Assembly: GCA_965222225.1 (NCBI GenBank)
Contig: CBDCTK010000002.1
Location: forward strand, 4,416,001 to 4,480,000
Direction of reading: 5' to 3'
Length of the DNA stretch: 64,000 nucleotides
DNA from: Candidatus Poribacteria bacterium
GTDB taxonomy: Bacteria; Poribacteria; WGA-4E; JAJDTR01
Every line of letters begins with the position of its first letter. Position 1 is the stretch's first letter. Under the pieces are notes generated by a model that saw only the letters and a list, made by a program, of their open reading frames with translations, was not told the DNA's origin and made no database searches. Positions 61,536-64,000 of the stretch are shown here, one piece after another. The position numbers and the translations under genes are program-made.

Positions 61536-63041
61536 GTGAAGAGAACCATCAACAACCTCGCCCCTCTTCTCCTTGTTTTTAGTGCGCTCTTTTTCTTGCT
61601 TCCCTTGGTTGGTCTTTCAGCCGAAAAGGGACATGATGCAGCGCATGAAGGCGGTTCGCACGTTTCACATTCCGAACATCACGGGGTTGATGGCGCGGAC
61701 CTTCCCCTGTGGAGCATCATCCCGTTCGCTGGGATTTTGCTGTCCATCGCATTTTGGCAACTCATCGCACCGCACTTCTGGCATCATAATTACGGCAAAA
61801 TATCGTTCGCATGGGCGCTGATTTTCGCCATACCATACCTCATATTTTTTCATGGGCATGCGCTTTACGATATTCTGCACATCTATTTGATTGACTATAT
61901 CCCATTTATTATTCTGCTTTGGGGATTGTTCACGGTTGCGGGTGGCATTGTCGTGCGCGGCACACTACGTGGTACCCCAGTTGTGAACCTCGTTCTGCTG
62001 CTGATTGGTACCGCAGTCGCCTCGTGGATCGGGACGACCGGCGCGTCGATGTTGCTAATTCGCCCGCTGATTCGAGCCAACGCTTATCGCAAAAACAAGA
62101 CGCACCTGATTATCTTTTTCATCTTCTTGGTAAGCAACATCGGAGGCTCCTTGACGCCGTTGGGCGATCCGCCCTTGTTTTTGGGTTTTCTGCACGGTGT
62201 ACCATTTTTCTGGACTACGACAGCGCTTCTGCCACATATGCTATTCATGTGCGTCTTGCTGCTAGTGCTGTTCTTCATTGTTGATACCGTTTTGTTCAAG
62301 CGCGAGGGGGGCGTGGTTCCGGATGATGGCGAGAAAGAGCCGATTCGTGTTGCAGGTTTGTTTAATCTGATATGCCTTGCCGGAATCGTCGCTGGCGTGT
62401 TGATGAGCGGCACCTTCAAGTGGGGAGAGATTAACGTGCTCGCCGTGCACGTCGCATGGCAAAATATTCTGCGCGATCTGGTTATTGTCGCGATGGGATT
62501 GCTCTCATTGAAGTTTGCGCCCTTCGCAGGTGCGCTGAGGCGTGAGAATCAATTTGAATGGGAACCGATTGCCGAAGTCGCCAAGCTATTCGCCGCCATT
62601 TTCATGACTATTATTCCGGCACTTGCGATTCTCAAAGCCGGTGAGCAGGGGGCATTAAGTGGGTTGATTCGTGCAGTGAAAGAACCGTGGCACTATTTCT
62701 GGATCACGGGCGTGCTATCCAGTTTTCTTGACAATGCGCCGACCTACCTGACGTTCTTCAATACCGCACTCGGGAAATTCCATATGACGGAGGCGATGGC
62801 ACACGACGTACTCGTCGGGGCGGCGGCGAACCCTGAATTTATCAAACTGTTAACCGCCATCTCTGTCGGAGCAGTGTTCATGGGTGCCAACACCTACATT
62901 GGGAACGCCCCCAATTTTCTCGTCAGAGGTATAGCGGAATCAAGCGGCATTCGAATGCCGAGTTTCTTCGGATATATGCTCTGGTCAGTCGGCATCTTAC
63001 TGCCGCTCTTTGTCATCATAACACTGGTGTTTTTTGGTTAA
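61536..63041 (+). CDS. IT-superfamily cation/H+ antiporter-like transporter with a His-rich N-terminus
   Basis: IGTTGASMLLIRP, SNIGGSLTPLGDPPLFLG, LSSFLDNAPTY, GANTYIGNAPNF; starts immediately after the nuoM stop. Confidence 0.8.
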   Translation: MKRTINNLAPLLLVFSALFFLLPLVGLSAEKGHDAAHEGGSHVSHSEHHGVDGADLPLWSIIPFAGILLSIAFWQLIAPHFWHHNYGKISFAWALIFAIPYLIFFHGHALYDILHIYLIDYIPFIILLWGLFTVAGGIVVRGTLRGTPVVNLVLLLIGTAVASWIGTTGASMLLIRPLIRANAYRKNKTHLIIFFIFLVSNIGGSLTPLGDPPLFLGFLHGVPFFWTTTALLPHMLFMCVLLLVLFFIVDTVLFKREGGVVPDDGEKEPIRVAGLFNLICLAGIVAGVLMSGTFKWGEINVLAVHVAWQNILRDLVIVAMGLLSLKFAPFAGALRRENQFEWEPIAEVAKLFAAIFMTIIPALAILKAGEQGALSGLIRAVKEPWHYFWITGVLSSFLDNAPTYLTFFNTALGKFHMTEAMAHDVLVGAAANPEFIKLLTAISVGAVFMGANTYIGNAPNFLVRGIAESSGIRMPSFFGYMLWSVGILLPLFVIITLVFFG

Positions 63042-63056
63042 AGCCGGAGGAATTAC

Positions 63057-64000
63057 ATGACAGTCCCCTCCATTAACTGGCACATGCTGATGCCCGAATT
63101 AATCATTGTCATGACGTTTGTCATCGTGATGATTTTTGATCTAATCAGGTCAATTCAAAAGTCGGTTCTAGCCTGGGTGACCATTATCGGGAGCGCTATC
63201 GCGCTGTGGGCATCCGCAGAAATGCTCAATGCAGGGGTTATCGGAAACGAATTCAACGGCATGATTCGCGTCGATCGTTTTTCGATGTTTTTCAATATCA
63301 TCTTCCTCGTCTCGACTATCCTAGTAACGCTTATCTCCATCAATTACTTGGATCGAGAGGATAAGCGGCAAGGGGAATACTATGTGTTAATCCTGTTGGC
63401 AACGTTGGGCATGATGTTGATGGCATCGGGCAACGAGTTGATTGTCGTTTTCCTTGGCTTAGAGTTGATGTCGTTATCCCTGTACGTGTTGGCAGGTTAT
63501 TTTCGCTCCGTACAGGTGTCGAGCGAAGCCGGGATGAAGTATCTATTGCTGGGCGCGTTCGCTAGCGGTTTCTTCCTATACGGCATCGCGCTGATTTACG
63601 GCGCCGCCGGGACAACGAGTATCCCCGATATTGCGTCCGAGTTGAAAGCTGGCGGAAAGTCTCCGCTGATGCTCGCAGGGATGTTCCTGCTGATTGTCGG
63701 GTTCGGTTTCAAAGTTGCTCTTGTGCCGTTCCACCAATGGGCACCTGATGTATACGAGGGGGCGCCTACGACAATCGCCGCTTTTATTTCGGCGGGACCA
63801 AAAGCAGCCGGTTTCGCCGCGTTTCTCAGAATCTTCATGGGTGCACTTGAAAGCCTCCAACCGGAATGGAATGTCGTGGTTGTGATTCTCGCCGCGTTGA
63901 CGATGACTGTAGGCAACGTGATCGCGACGGCTCAAAGCAACATCAAGCGGATGTTGGCTTATTCGAGCGTTGCGCACGCAGGTTATGTGTTGGTCGGGTT
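63057..64000 (+). CDS. nuoN: NADH-quinone oxidoreductase subunit N (3'-truncated by the window edge)
   Basis: GGAGG RBS; MTVPSINW..LMPE, SEAGMKYLLLG, FKVALVPFHQWAPDVYEGAP, KRMLAYSSVAH. Confidence 0.96.
   Translation, partial: MTVPSINWHMLMPELIIVMTFVIVMIFDLIRSIQKSVLAWVTIIGSAIALWASAEMLNAGVIGNEFNGMIRVDRFSMFFNIIFLVSTILVTLISINYLDREDKRQGEYYVLILLATLGMMLMASGNELIVVFLGLELMSLSLYVLAGYFRSVQVSSEAGMKYLLLGAFASGFFLYGIALIYGAAGTTSIPDIASELKAGGKSPLMLAGMFLLIVGFGFKVALVPFHQWAPDVYEGAPTTIAAFISAGPKAAGFAAFLRIFMGALESLQPEWNVVVVILAALTMTVGNVIATAQSNIKRMLAYSSVAHAGYVLVG

Overview
Bacterial chromosome segment of about 50% GC. Gene content and the TPR/short-repeat style suggest Candidatus Poribacteria or a similar uncultured diderm (inference only). 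Core genes: groES-groEL under a sigma54-type promoter, ligA, the rimP-nusA-ylxR-infB-ylxP-rbfA-nrnA-truB-ribF cluster, rpsO-pnp, an LptE-like lipoprotein, gcvT-gcvH-gcvP, trkA-trkH and pdxH. The window ends in a long mosaic complex I operon (nuoABCD-EF-G-H-JKLM-N, no nuoI) that is interrupted by a VOC pseudogene, MITEs, an IS701-family element, an ABC transporter, an orphan antitoxin-like gene and a cation/H+ antiporter-like gene. A same-strand defence-like island at about 5.4-17.2 kb carries a frameshifted Eco57I-like (Type IIG-like) N6-adenine methyltransferase, a TIR-TPR protein, a PLD-nuclease/SNF2 helicase, MazF and a DUF932-like gene. Top finding: the helicase carries an in-frame C-terminal 29-aa tail that matches the toxin-neutralising C-terminus of MazE, and it overlaps an intact mazF that has no separate mazE. 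This is a candidate nuclease-helicase that doubles as the antitoxin (a guard-type system). Intergenic DNA is rich in nested REP-like, tandem-repeat and MITE elements.
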